From Ignavibacteria bacterium (lineage in GTDB: Bacteria; Bacteroidota; Ignavibacteria; UBA10030; F1-140-MAGs086), in contig VGWC01000004.1 in NCBI GenBank assembly GCA_016873775.1, forward strand, positions 1,830-65,829: a DNA stretch of 64,000 nucleotides, in the 5' to 3' direction. Below are positions 9,886 through 19,070 of the stretch, in pieces; the first letter of the stretch is position 1; each line of letters begins with the position of its first letter. The translations under genes were made by a program, and so were the position numbers. The notes under the pieces are model-generated. The model was not told where the DNA came from. It searched no databases and saw nothing but the letters and a program-made list of their open reading frames with translations.

Positions 9886-10458
9886 TTACTTTTGACCTTT
9901 TTTGAATTCTTCGTACTTCTCCGTTTCTTTTTCGAGTTCGTCAAAAGTTTGTGATGCGCGGAAACGTGTGTACATCTGTTCGTTCTTTTTGATTTGGTCA
10001 ACAAGCGCGGCATTTACTGCGCCAACGGGATATTCAATCAGAACATACGCGCGAAACATTCCGCCTTCTTTGGAAATTTTCTGTTTTGCAATTCTGGTCC
10101 CGGAAAGTGAAGTTGATACAACGGTCTTCGATGCTGATGTGAACATAGAAAGTAATTGCGCATCTTTTCCTAATCCTGTTTCTTCATCAAATTTCTTTTG
10201 AAGACCTTGAATTTTTACATCAACCATACGTCCAATTTCTGTTCTTCCATCTGTTGCGGCTTTGTCAATTGCAAGTTGCATATCCTGCGATGTTGCTGAA
10301 CGCGCTGCGAACAGATAATTCGGGTCTTGGGGTGGGTTCATAAACCAATCGGGTATATCACCTTCGGATACGTCGGAAAGTCCTTGTTTGCTTCCTCCGC
10401 ATCCTGCTAACAATGTAATTACAAATAAACTAAATAATAATGAAGTGAAGTGCTTCAT
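9886..10458 (-). CDS. LPP20-family lipoprotein
   Basis: Likely start MKHF (10458) with AAGGAG upstream; lipobox LAGC; 'IPDWF..PP', 'A.DKA...GR.EI'. Confidence 0.8.
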   Translation of the reverse strand: MKHFTSLLFSLFVITLLAGCGGSKQGLSDVSEGDIPDWFMNPPQDPNYLFAARSATSQDMQLAIDKAATDGRTEIGRMVDVKIQGLQKKFDEETGLGKDAQLLSMFTSASKTVVSTSLSGTRIAKQKISKEGGMFRAYVLIEYPVGAVNAALVDQIKKNEQMYTRFRASQTFDELEKETEKYEEFKKGQK

Positions 10459-10647
10459 ACGAACTGCTCCTTGAAATAAGTGAATAAGATTTTTTCCGCA
10501 AAGCGGAAGTGAATTAAAAAAATATTTTGTGATAATTGCAATAAAATTGCGAGTGAATATACATACTATCAATGAAAACGAAAACAGTTTTCTAAAAAAT
10601 TTGTTACGCAAAAAAATATCTCTATATTTTCGCCCGAAAATTTTACC

Positions 10648-10733
10648 GCCGAAGTGGCGAAACTGGCAGACGCGCTGGACTCAAAATCCAGTCCGGCTTA
10701 CACCGGGTGTGGGTTCGACTCCCTTCTTCGGCA
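10648..10733 (+). tRNA. tRNA-Leu(CAA)
   Basis: GCCGAAG/CTTCGGC acceptor stem, CTGGA-CTCAAAA-TCCAG anticodon arm, long variable arm, GGTTCGACTCC T-arm. Confidence 0.95.
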
Positions 10734-10742
10734 CAGAAATAA

Positions 10743-10774
10743 AAAATCCGTTTCAGTTCCTGAAACGGATTTTC
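10743..10774. terminator. Bidirectional intrinsic terminator
   Basis: aaaatccgtttcag-ttc-ctgaaacggatttt hairpin between the convergent tRNA-Leu and nuclease genes. Confidence 0.75.
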
Positions 10775-10778
10775 ACTT

Positions 10779-11138
10779 TTATTCGTACTTCTTATATTCA
10801 GCAAATCCTTGCTTTACTAATTCATCATTTACGTTGATGAGTTTTTCGTTTTGTTTCAACCACACTTCACCGAGATAGCGACCGAATTTTTCTTTTCTGT
10901 CTTTGATTGTTTGCAGAAGAATTTCTTTTCCATCGAGCAACGAACGAAGATAATCGCGGGAGGCAATACTTTTCTTTCGCGAGCGTCCTCGTATTTCGGG
11001 AGCGTTGATTCTGTGCAATCGAATTTTTTCTTTGCGTAACGTTGTATTAAATCCTACATCAATATCTACAGTAATCGTATCGCCATCGTATACGCTGACA
11101 ACGTTTGCTTTGTAATAATACAGGAATTCTTCTTTCAT
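10779..11138 (-). CDS. Thermonuclease (SNase) family protein
   Basis: 'VYDGDTI', 'IRLHRINAPE', 'KFGRYLG', 'NDELVKQGFA'. Confidence 0.9.
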   Translation of the reverse strand: MKEEFLYYYKANVVSVYDGDTITVDIDVGFNTTLRKEKIRLHRINAPEIRGRSRKKSIASRDYLRSLLDGKEILLQTIKDRKEKFGRYLGEVWLKQNEKLINVNDELVKQGFAEYKKYE

Positions 11139-11149
11139 TTTTAGTAACG

Positions 11150-14100
11150 TTATTTTATCAGTAACATTGTTTTTGTTATTGAGTTTCCTTTTTTCGATGC
11201 GTTATTTCCAACAACCATTCGGTAATAATACATTCCAGAAGGTAAGTTTCCTGCATTGAAATGTATGATATATTCTCCTGCATCGTTCATTTCGTTCACA
11301 AGTGTTTGAATTTCCTTTCCTAGAACATTGTAAAGTTTTATTGTAACGAACGACGAATGTTCCAGCGTGTACACAATTGTTGTCGTCGAATTAAACGGAT
11401 TCGGAAAATTTTGAAGAAGTGAAAATGAATTTGGCTCAAATGGATTTTCAAGAACATTGACTAAATGTTTAAATCGCAGTGTATCAGTTCCGCCAAAATC
11501 ATAGTACCGTGCCGCGAATTCCTGGAGGTACTGATTTGCAATTCGATTATTTTGAATTGCAATGGAGTTTTCATTATTCGAACCTTCTCCGCTGTTAGAC
11601 CAATTCATTGAACCCGTCCACACCCATTGATGCGCAGAAGAATCCAACGCATCTTTTATCGCAAGTTTATGATGAAGCAAACCACTTACACCTGTTTTTA
11701 ATTTTACATCCACTCCGGCGGTTGTGAGTCGCGAATATTGCGTTCCAAGGTCAGTGTTATTATCCATTACACCACGAACTTGTTTCCCTGCGTTGTTTAG
11801 AGAAATAATTGCGTCGGCAATTTCCGTTCGGGTGAACGTGTAAATATTAAATTCGAAATCATACGTTGCTGATTTGATGAAACGAACAAATTGCGACGAT
11901 GTTTTATCCGTTGGACTGAAATATACTTCGACTTCTGAACCATTGACGAGAAATTTATGAGGCGTGTTATTGAGTTTCCGAACGCCAAATCGCGAATAGG
12001 TTGAATTCGGAATATCAGTGTTACTTCCCCACATTTCTTCGAACTCACGCGTGTATGCATTTGCAAGCGACATATCCTGAATTTCAATGACGTTTTGCAT
12101 ATCACTTTGTGTTCCTTGTTGAGTGATATTCCACGAACCGGTCCATAGCCACGTACTTTCGGGAGCTCCGCCGCGCGCATCAATGATAAGAAATTTATTG
12201 TGCATCAATTCGGCGCCGTCGTTATCTCCAAATGTATCGTCAATGAGTGGAATTCCATTTTGTTCTAATAATAGAAATGCATTGGAATTTCTGTTGTCTG
12301 CTTCAGCAATTACGCGAACTTTTACGCCGCGATTATTTCTTGCCGCAACAAGTGCTGAGGCAACCAATTCGCCTTCATTTGCTCCGCTAAAACTATACAA
12401 GCACAAATCTACCGAGCGTTTTGCTACGTTGATTCTGTTGATAATTTTTTGCACGAAGTTCACATTTCCTTGCGCAGGTTCAGGTAAGGCAAGCGGTGCG
12501 AATATACTCTTGCTGAAATAGACATTCATTTGTCCCGATGAAGCATTCGGCGATGTTGTACTCACAACAAGATTTTGCGAATAGCATGTGTCGGAAGATG
12601 AATCCGAAAATGCAACTGCATTGTAAATTGTTGCCGGTGATAATCCTGTAAGAACTACTGCATGATTTCTTGTCGGTGTTGCATCTCCGGTTATTCCTAA
12701 TTCGTAATCAGTCGTAAGTCCGTATTTTATAAAGGAAGAAGAGTTGCGTTTTGTCGTCCAAGAAATTTTCAGAGATGTTTGTTGCAGTTCGCTTTCAACC
12801 GGAACAGAAGAAAACGATGGTCCGCAACTTTTTACATCCGCATCGTTTCGCGGCATAACTTGATAACCTCCGAAAAACGGTGAACTTAAATCAAATTGCC
12901 CAATGACACCAACAATATCGAATTCACCTTGAGGCGCAGGAGTTCCGCAAAGATTGATACAATTATCAGCGCGGATTTGAGTGAAACCGCTTGCATCGAT
13001 CAAACGGTAATTTCTTCCGGAGGTTCCGCAATCCCAAGTTGTAATCGGATTTCCGAAAGTATCACGAACAACAACAGCGAGGATTTTTACTAACATTCCT
13101 TCATACGTTTCATTGATTTCTTGAGTTGTTATCAAAACTGGTTCTACTTCGTTACCAATGCTTACTACTTGGTTTAAAGTAAGTTCCACAAGTTCAGTTA
13201 ATCCGTTGAAGTTCGTAACTTTTCCAGTAAGAATAACATCGTCTCCAATATTGATGGAATCGGAAGTTATTGTTCCATACACAGCAATTGCTCCCGTATT
13301 GTCTTGAATATGCGAAGGACTGCAAAACTCGTTTCCAACGGTAACAATTCCGCGAATTGTTACGAACTGGTTTAACATAACGGGAATTCCCAATGAATCA
13401 ACTTGCTTAACATTTCCAATGGGAGTGGGCGTTCCGAACACAAGAATTGTTCGTGTTGGAGCAACATCACGAAATGCTGTGCAACGCGATTGAACTCGGA
13501 TTGGATACGACCCTGTAGAATCCGGAACAGTAACGTTCGTTATAGTTATTTCCGTCGAGTCGGAAGAAAACGTAATTCCTTCAATGAGAATAGAATCTAC
13601 CGAAACAGATGTTGTTGCTGTAATATTCGTAAAAGAAATATCATTAACCGAATGCGACCATGAAAATGAATTTGGAAGAATAATGCGTAAATCGGAAATA
13701 GTTTGACTTTCTGCGCGTTTGTATTTCACAATGATATTTGTCTGTTGTCCTCCTTCTACGGAAGAAGGAGAAACCACTACTGCGCCTGAACCATCGCAGA
13801 GTGCAGGTTCAGTTGGACTCGAAGTATTTTGTGGAAGTCTTCCGCACATCCTCGCAACAAAATCATTGCAATTTTGTTCGGTGTCTTGACCATTTCCCAA
13901 CAAGGAATGTGCGCCAATTCCGCACAACGAATCGGAAGTAGAAGTGGATTTTGCTTTTCGTTCGACGCTGTTATTATTTGCAGTTGTTCCGTGATTCGGC
14001 GACGCGCATCCTTCGGGGTCAATGGCGCTTCCCCAACCAACTTTATCTTGCGTAGTTGTTGTAGAATTGACAATTTGTAAATGTCCGTTATCCGCCATTC

Positions 14101-14431
14101 CCGCAGTCCATTCACTGGGAATATAATCTGCAGGTACATTTCCCTGATAACTTGTTGGCGCTATGAGAAAAAATCCTTTTGCAGGAATTGATTTTCCTGA
14201 AGGTATATTTGCTCGCGGCGACCACGTTGTTCCCGTAGCAGATTTATATTCCAGTTTCCATCCGGATAAGTCAATCGGCGCATCAGTCGGATTGTAGAGT
14301 TCGACGAATTCATCCGTGGCAGATGTTGCGCCGCGCGTTGCAAATTCAGAAATAACAACGTGCGATGTTTGAGCAATTAGTATGAATGGAACAATGAACA
14401 AAAGGAAAAGAAATATTATTTTTTTTAACAT
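11150..14431 (-). CDS. T9SS-secreted lamin-tail/OB-fold/FnIII/tandem PLD-nuclease protein
   Basis: 'VVISE......DEFVELYNPT...IDLSGW' lamin tail; 'IQDNTGAI.VY' OB-like; two HKD motifs (HNKFLIID, HHKLAIKD); C-terminal 'LLQNFPNPFN...SGMYYY' sorting domain. Confidence 0.85.
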   Translation of the reverse strand: MLKKIIFLFLLFIVPFILIAQTSHVVISEFATRGATSATDEFVELYNPTDAPIDLSGWKLEYKSATGTTWSPRANIPSGKSIPAKGFFLIAPTSYQGNVPADYIPSEWTAGMADNGHLQIVNSTTTTQDKVGWGSAIDPEGCASPNHGTTANNNSVERKAKSTSTSDSLCGIGAHSLLGNGQDTEQNCNDFVARMCGRLPQNTSSPTEPALCDGSGAVVVSPSSVEGGQQTNIIVKYKRAESQTISDLRIILPNSFSWSHSVNDISFTNITATTSVSVDSILIEGITFSSDSTEITITNVTVPDSTGSYPIRVQSRCTAFRDVAPTRTILVFGTPTPIGNVKQVDSLGIPVMLNQFVTIRGIVTVGNEFCSPSHIQDNTGAIAVYGTITSDSINIGDDVILTGKVTNFNGLTELVELTLNQVVSIGNEVEPVLITTQEINETYEGMLVKILAVVVRDTFGNPITTWDCGTSGRNYRLIDASGFTQIRADNCINLCGTPAPQGEFDIVGVIGQFDLSSPFFGGYQVMPRNDADVKSCGPSFSSVPVESELQQTSLKISWTTKRNSSSFIKYGLTTDYELGITGDATPTRNHAVVLTGLSPATIYNAVAFSDSSSDTCYSQNLVVSTTSPNASSGQMNVYFSKSIFAPLALPEPAQGNVNFVQKIINRINVAKRSVDLCLYSFSGANEGELVASALVAARNNRGVKVRVIAEADNRNSNAFLLLEQNGIPLIDDTFGDNDGAELMHNKFLIIDARGGAPESTWLWTGSWNITQQGTQSDMQNVIEIQDMSLANAYTREFEEMWGSNTDIPNSTYSRFGVRKLNNTPHKFLVNGSEVEVYFSPTDKTSSQFVRFIKSATYDFEFNIYTFTRTEIADAIISLNNAGKQVRGVMDNNTDLGTQYSRLTTAGVDVKLKTGVSGLLHHKLAIKDALDSSAHQWVWTGSMNWSNSGEGSNNENSIAIQNNRIANQYLQEFAARYYDFGGTDTLRFKHLVNVLENPFEPNSFSLLQNFPNPFNSTTTIVYTLEHSSFVTIKLYNVLGKEIQTLVNEMNDAGEYIIHFNAGNLPSGMYYYRMVVGNNASKKGNSITKTMLLIK

Positions 14432-14474
14432 ATAAGTAGTACTGAAATAGAATTGAAAATCTCAATGTAATTTG

Positions 14475-14547
14475 TGTCCTCGACAAGACTCGAACTTGTA
14501 TTAGAAGTTTAGGAAACTTCGGTTCTTTCCTGTTGAACTACGAGGAC
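14475..14547 (-). tRNA. tRNA-Arg(CCT)
   Basis: Reverse complement GTCCTCGTAGTTCAACAGGAAAGAACCGAAGTTTCCTAAACTTCTAATACAAGTTCGAGTCTTGTCGAGGACA; anticodon CCT. Confidence 0.93.
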
Positions 14548-14683
14548 TAGTTCGCAGAAAAAAAAATTCGGAGTTAAAATATCGAAAAGTTTGTGAGGCG
14601 ACAATTTTATTGAAGGAAATTATCTTTTGTTGTTTTCTTTGATTTTCACTTTTCATTTCAATAAATTTTTCTCCGATTTTTTT

Positions 14684-15493
14684 ATGAGCATAACAAACAC
14701 AATTCCTTCTCGCCTTTTCGATACGATACGTGTTGAAAATGAAAATACAATTGCAACTATCACACTTGCTCGAGCAGATAAACGTAATGCGTTGAACGAT
14801 GTAATGGTTCGCGAATTGACGGAAGCATTTTCATTTTTTAATAGGAACGGATTGTGCCGTGTAATAATCTTGAGAGGAGAAGGAACTGCTTTCTGTGCAG
14901 GAGCGGATTTGGAATACTTGCAGAAACTTTCAAATTATTCGCTCATTCAAAATCAAGACGATTCTCGGAACTTGATGCAATTGTTTCGTTCAATGTATGA
15001 ATCACGAAAACCGATAATTGCTATGGTCAATGGTCCTGCGCTTGCTGGCGGATGCGGACTTGCAACAGTGTGTGATTTTATTTTTGCCGGAAAAGAGAAA
15101 GCACAATTTGGTTACACGGAATCACGTATTGGTTTTGTTCCTGCTATCGTTTTGCTTTTTTTAATTCGTAGAATTGGAGAAGGTCGCGCGCGTGAATTGG
15201 TGATGAGCGGTAAAATTCTTTCTTCGATAGATGCAAAAGATTTTCATTTGATTACGGAAGTTGTGGATGATATAAAACTTGAAAAGTTTACCTATAGTTT
15301 TGCTGAGCAACTTATTGAACAAAATAGCAGTTCTTCACTTGCACTATGTAAAGAAATGTTTGTGAACATTAGTGATATGGAAACTACGAAAGCGCTTGAA
15401 TACGCTGCGATGATGAACGCACTTGCACGAATGACGGATGATTGTAAAAAAGGAATTGATGGGTTTTTGAAGAAGGAAAAAGTTGTTTGGTAA
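14684..15493 (+). CDS. Enoyl-CoA hydratase/isomerase (methylglutaconyl-CoA hydratase-like)
   Basis: 'KRNALN', 'FCAGADL', 'ALAGGCGL', 'YTESRIGFVPA'; start moved to ATG 14684. Confidence 0.9.
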   Translation: MSITNTIPSRLFDTIRVENENTIATITLARADKRNALNDVMVRELTEAFSFFNRNGLCRVIILRGEGTAFCAGADLEYLQKLSNYSLIQNQDDSRNLMQLFRSMYESRKPIIAMVNGPALAGGCGLATVCDFIFAGKEKAQFGYTESRIGFVPAIVLLFLIRRIGEGRARELVMSGKILSSIDAKDFHLITEVVDDIKLEKFTYSFAEQLIEQNSSSSLALCKEMFVNISDMETTKALEYAAMMNALARMTDDCKKGIDGFLKKEKVVW

Positions 15494-15559
15494 TTAGTAA
15501 TTTGTCATTAGTAGTTTTCAATTCTTCACAAGTTACAAATGACTTCTGAATTCTATGAC
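15490..15559. repeat. Heptamer-periodic imperfect inverted repeat
   Basis: gtaatta-gtaattt-gtcatta-gtagtt ... acaagtt-acaaatg-acttctg. Confidence 0.5.
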
Positions 15560-16088
15560 GATTGTTGAAATAATGAAAACCATTCGCTCTGTTCCAGATT
15601 TTCCGAAACAAGGAATTGTCTTTCGCGATATTACAACATTGTTGAAAAATGCTGATGCGTTTCATTCGACGATGGAAATATTATTTCAACGATATAAAGA
15701 CAAACGAATTTCAAAAGTTGTTGGAATAGAATCTCGCGGATTTATTTTTGGCGCATCACTTGCAGAAAAATTGCAGTGCGGATTTGTTCCGATTCGCAAA
15801 CCGAAAAAACTTCCGTTCGTTACCGTGTGCAGAGAATATCAACTTGAATACGGAACGGACAAAATAGAAATGCACGAAGACGCAATTGAGCGTGGAGAAA
15901 ATATTTTACTTATTGACGATTTACTCGCAACAGGTGGAACAATGTTCGCCGCAACAAATCTCATCGAACAACTTGGTGGAAAAGTTGTTGAAATTGCTTT
16001 CGTTATTGAACTGGATTTTTTACACGGTCGCGAAAAATTGGACAAGTATAATATTTTTTCATTGATACATTTCATGGATGAAAAATGA
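15555..16088 (+). CDS. apt: Adenine phosphoribosyltransferase
   Basis: 'PDFPKQGIVFRDIT', 'ESRGF', 'IRKPKKLP', 'IDDLLATGGT'. Confidence 0.97.
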   Translation: MTIVEIMKTIRSVPDFPKQGIVFRDITTLLKNADAFHSTMEILFQRYKDKRISKVVGIESRGFIFGASLAEKLQCGFVPIRKPKKLPFVTVCREYQLEYGTDKIEMHEDAIERGENILLIDDLLATGGTMFAATNLIEQLGGKVVEIAFVIELDFLHGREKLDKYNIFSLIHFMDEK

Positions 16089-17455
16089 AAACAATCATCG
16101 AACCATTTAAAATAAAATCTGTCGAGCCGATAAAGTTCACAACGCAACAGGAACGCGAACGAATATTACAATACGCGTTTTACAATCCGTTTTTTATTAA
16201 AGCGGAAGATGTAATGATAGATTTGCTTACCGATAGCGGAACATCTGCAATGAGTGCGCAACAATGGGCGGGAATGATGGAAGGCGATGAATCATACGCG
16301 GGAGCAAAAAGTTTTTTTCGATTTGAAAACGTCGTTCGCGATTTAACGGGACTCAAACACATTATTCCAACGCATCAAGGACGAGCAGCGGAAAAAATTT
16401 TATTTTCGATTGTCGGAGGAAGAGGAAAATTCATTCCGAATAATTCGCACTTCGACACAACACGAGCAAATATAGAATTCAGTGGCGCAACGGCGACGGA
16501 TTTATTGTGCGATGAAGGAAAAAATCCCGATTTGATTGCGCCGTTTAAGGGAAATATGAATGTTCAGGCACTTGAACAATTTATTCAGCAATTCGGAAAT
16601 GAAAATATTCCGATGTGTTTTCTTACAGTAACAAATAATTCCAATGGCGGGCAGCCTGTTTCGATGCAGAATATTCGTGAAGTGAAAACAGTGTTGCGCA
16701 CATACAATATCCCGCTTTTTTTAGACGCGTGTCGTTTTGCTGAAAATGCGTACTTCATCAAACTCCGCGAGAAAGGGTATGAAAAGAAATCGGTGGAAGA
16801 AATTGCGCAAGAAATGTTTTCGTATGCCGATGGTGTAACGATGAGTGCAAAAAAAGATGCGCTGGTCAATATGGGAGGATTTCTTGCTGCGAATGATGAT
16901 GAACTCGCAATGAAAGCGAGAAATCTCTTAGTGATTACAGAAGGATTTCCGACATACGGCGGTTTAGCGGGAAGAGATTTGGAAGCGATTGCACAAGGGT
17001 TACACGAAATTCTGGATGAGCATTATTTACAATATCGTATTCGTTCGGTAGAATATTTAGGAGAAAAACTGACGAAAGCAAATGTCCCGATTCTTCAGCC
17101 GACGGGAGGACATGCAGTGTATTTAAACGCCAAAAAATTTGCTGAACACGTTCCGCCATCGCAGTTTCCAGGACTATCTGTCGTGTGCGATTTATATGTG
17201 CGCGGTGGAATTCGGTCTGTTGAAATCGGAAGCGTGATGTTCGGAAAATATGGCGCAAACGGCGAACATATTCCTCCGCTTATGGAACTCGTACGACTTG
17301 CAATACCGAGAAGGGTTTATACGCAAAGCCATATTGATTTTGTTGTTGAAAATGTGATTGATTCGTACGAACATAGAAAAGAGATGCATGGATACAGCAT
17401 TGTTTGTGAGCCGCCGATGTTGCGACATTTTACTGCGAAATTTCAAATGATGTAA
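16085..17455 (+). CDS. tnaA: Tryptophanase (PLP beta-eliminating lyase)
   Basis: 'EPFKIKSVE', 'DLLTDSGT', PLP lysine 'MSAKKD'; C-terminal 'LRHFTA' (His as in tryptophanase, not the Phe of tyrosine phenol-lyase). Confidence 0.88.
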   Translation: MKTIIEPFKIKSVEPIKFTTQQERERILQYAFYNPFFIKAEDVMIDLLTDSGTSAMSAQQWAGMMEGDESYAGAKSFFRFENVVRDLTGLKHIIPTHQGRAAEKILFSIVGGRGKFIPNNSHFDTTRANIEFSGATATDLLCDEGKNPDLIAPFKGNMNVQALEQFIQQFGNENIPMCFLTVTNNSNGGQPVSMQNIREVKTVLRTYNIPLFLDACRFAENAYFIKLREKGYEKKSVEEIAQEMFSYADGVTMSAKKDALVNMGGFLAANDDELAMKARNLLVITEGFPTYGGLAGRDLEAIAQGLHEILDEHYLQYRIRSVEYLGEKLTKANVPILQPTGGHAVYLNAKKFAEHVPPSQFPGLSVVCDLYVRGGIRSVEIGSVMFGKYGANGEHIPPLMELVRLAIPRRVYTQSHIDFVVENVIDSYEHRKEMHGYSIVCEPPMLRHFTAKFQMM

Positions 17456-17655
17456 AAAGCACGAAATACTACTTTCTAAATCCTAAACAAATTCGAATGA
17501 CAAAATCTACATTACTTTTTAAAACGCAAAACACACAACGTTGAAAAATATCTTTCTTTGCGAACTCTGGGTAATATTACTCTCATTTTTTTTTGAGAAG
17601 TTCAATTTGAATTTTGTATTTGTTTAGAAATTAGAAATTCGTTTTTAGAATTTTA
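17456..17655. repeat. Heptamer-periodic long imperfect inverted repeat with a nested degenerate inner repeat
   Basis: tttctaaatcctaaacaaattcgaat vs reverse complement of right arm tttctaatttctaaacaaatacaaaat; inner acgcaaaacacacaacg / ctttgcgaactctgggt. Confidence 0.6.
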
Positions 17656-17657
17656 TT

Positions 17658-18032
17658 ATGATGACGCGCGACGAATTTGAGAACTATGCACAGCAAGCAT
17701 TCGATGCATTACCGGAATTTTTTAAAGAGAAAATTGATAACGTTCGTATTGTTGTTGAGGATTATCCGACGGAAAAGGAAATGCGCAGTGTGAACATTCA
17801 ATCGAAACATAATTTACTTGGTTTGTATCACGGAATTCCGACAAAGCATCGCGGTACGTGGTACGGAATGTCGCCGATTTTACCTGATACAATTTTTCTT
17901 TTTCAAAAAAATATAGAAGCAGTTTGCAGAACAGTCGAAGAAATTCCAAATAAGATTTGCGAAGTATTGATTCACGAAATTGCGCATTACTTTGGAATGA
18001 ACGAAGAGGAAGTTCGCGCAGCAGGATACTAA
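17658..18032 (+). CDS. Minimal zincin-like metallopeptidase (DUF1025/Zincin_1)
   Basis: 'LLGLYHGIP', 'PD.I.LFQ.NI', 'HEIAHYFG'. Confidence 0.9.
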   Translation: MMTRDEFENYAQQAFDALPEFFKEKIDNVRIVVEDYPTEKEMRSVNIQSKHNLLGLYHGIPTKHRGTWYGMSPILPDTIFLFQKNIEAVCRTVEEIPNKICEVLIHEIAHYFGMNEEEVRAAGY

Positions 18033-18118
18033 GTCAATGTAATATGCAAAACGTCTTGAAACGATTTTATTTCTAATTCTATACTAACATTTTAACTACT
18101 AACAATCTTTTATACTCA

Positions 18119-18421
18119 ATGGCAAAAATCATATTTACAATCACGTACGATATTGTTCCCGCCGCTCGACCGGCGTATCTTTCACTTGTTGAAGAAATGA
18201 AACTATATTTCCTCAATGTGCAGAAGAGAAATTATAACGTGTATGAAAAGAAAGGCAAGAAAAATACATTCACGGAAATTTTTCTTTGCGAAAGCGAAGA
18301 AGAATTCGAAACGCTGGAAGATACAATGGATGAACAATGGCAGGAATTGTTGAGGAGAGTACAAGAATACGTACTGGAAGGAAAAACACAGTATTCGACA
18401 TATATCGAACCGATTGAATAG
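18119..18421 (+). CDS. Hypothetical protein (possible dimeric alpha+beta barrel fold)
   Basis: Clean 100-aa ORF in a co-directional run; alternating strand/helix pattern. Confidence 0.6.
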   Translation: MAKIIFTITYDIVPAARPAYLSLVEEMKLYFLNVQKRNYNVYEKKGKKNTFTEIFLCESEEEFETLEDTMDEQWQELLRRVQEYVLEGKTQYSTYIEPIE

Positions 18422-18497
18422 GACTCTTTATGTGGATTTCTAATTCTCACGCGAGCGTTCATTGCATTGATGTATTATACTTTGAAGAAATGTAATT

Positions 18498-18977
18498 ATG
18501 TCGCGCATTATTGACCCGATTGCAGAATTTATGAAAGAACATGATGCCGCCTTGCATCAACTTTCGTTGCTGAATAGTGCTGTCAAATCTCTTGCAGCAA
18601 ATGGATTTTCGGAACGTGATTTTAAGAAGGTATTAAGCGCACTTTCGTATATGAATCACGAAGTTGGCGACCATAATCACAAAGAAGAAGAGGCGTTGTT
18701 TCCGATTTTAGAACGCTATGTAGAAGGACCGACACGAGTAATGCGCGAAGACCATATTCTGCTTGCTGAAAAATTCAGCAAATTTCGAGATGCAGTTACG
18801 CGTGTTAAAAAAAAACCATCGGAGAAAAAAGAACTTCGCTATCTTGCAACAATCACGCGTTCCATTGTGAAAATATTTGTGAATCACATTCATAAAGAAA
18901 ATTATATTCTGTTTCCGATGGTGCAACGATTTTTGACTAAAGAAGAATTACGGGAAGTTGCAAAAAAAATGAAATAG
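18498..18977 (+). CDS. Hemerythrin-domain protein
   Basis: 'EH...H..KEE.ALFP...EDH...H..KEN.ILFP' pattern. Confidence 0.88.
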   Translation: MSRIIDPIAEFMKEHDAALHQLSLLNSAVKSLAANGFSERDFKKVLSALSYMNHEVGDHNHKEEEALFPILERYVEGPTRVMREDHILLAEKFSKFRDAVTRVKKKPSEKKELRYLATITRSIVKIFVNHIHKENYILFPMVQRFLTKEELREVAKKMK

Positions 18978-19013
18978 AAGTTCGTTCCGTGTTCACCTTT
19001 ACTTTGAAAATAA

Positions 19014-19046
19014 AAAAAGAACATAAGTAATTTATGTTCTTTTTCT
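19014..19046. terminator. Bidirectional intrinsic terminator
   Basis: aaaaagaacataa-gtaat-ttatgttcttttt hairpin between convergent genes. Confidence 0.7.
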
Positions 19047-19070
19047 TTTTTTGAAATGAAGAGAAAAAAA

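Noticed and set aside
10459..10878. ORFs overlapping tRNA-Leu and the extended start of the lipoprotein
   Set aside because: Explained by the tRNA and terminator; the lipobox and RBS support a start at 10458
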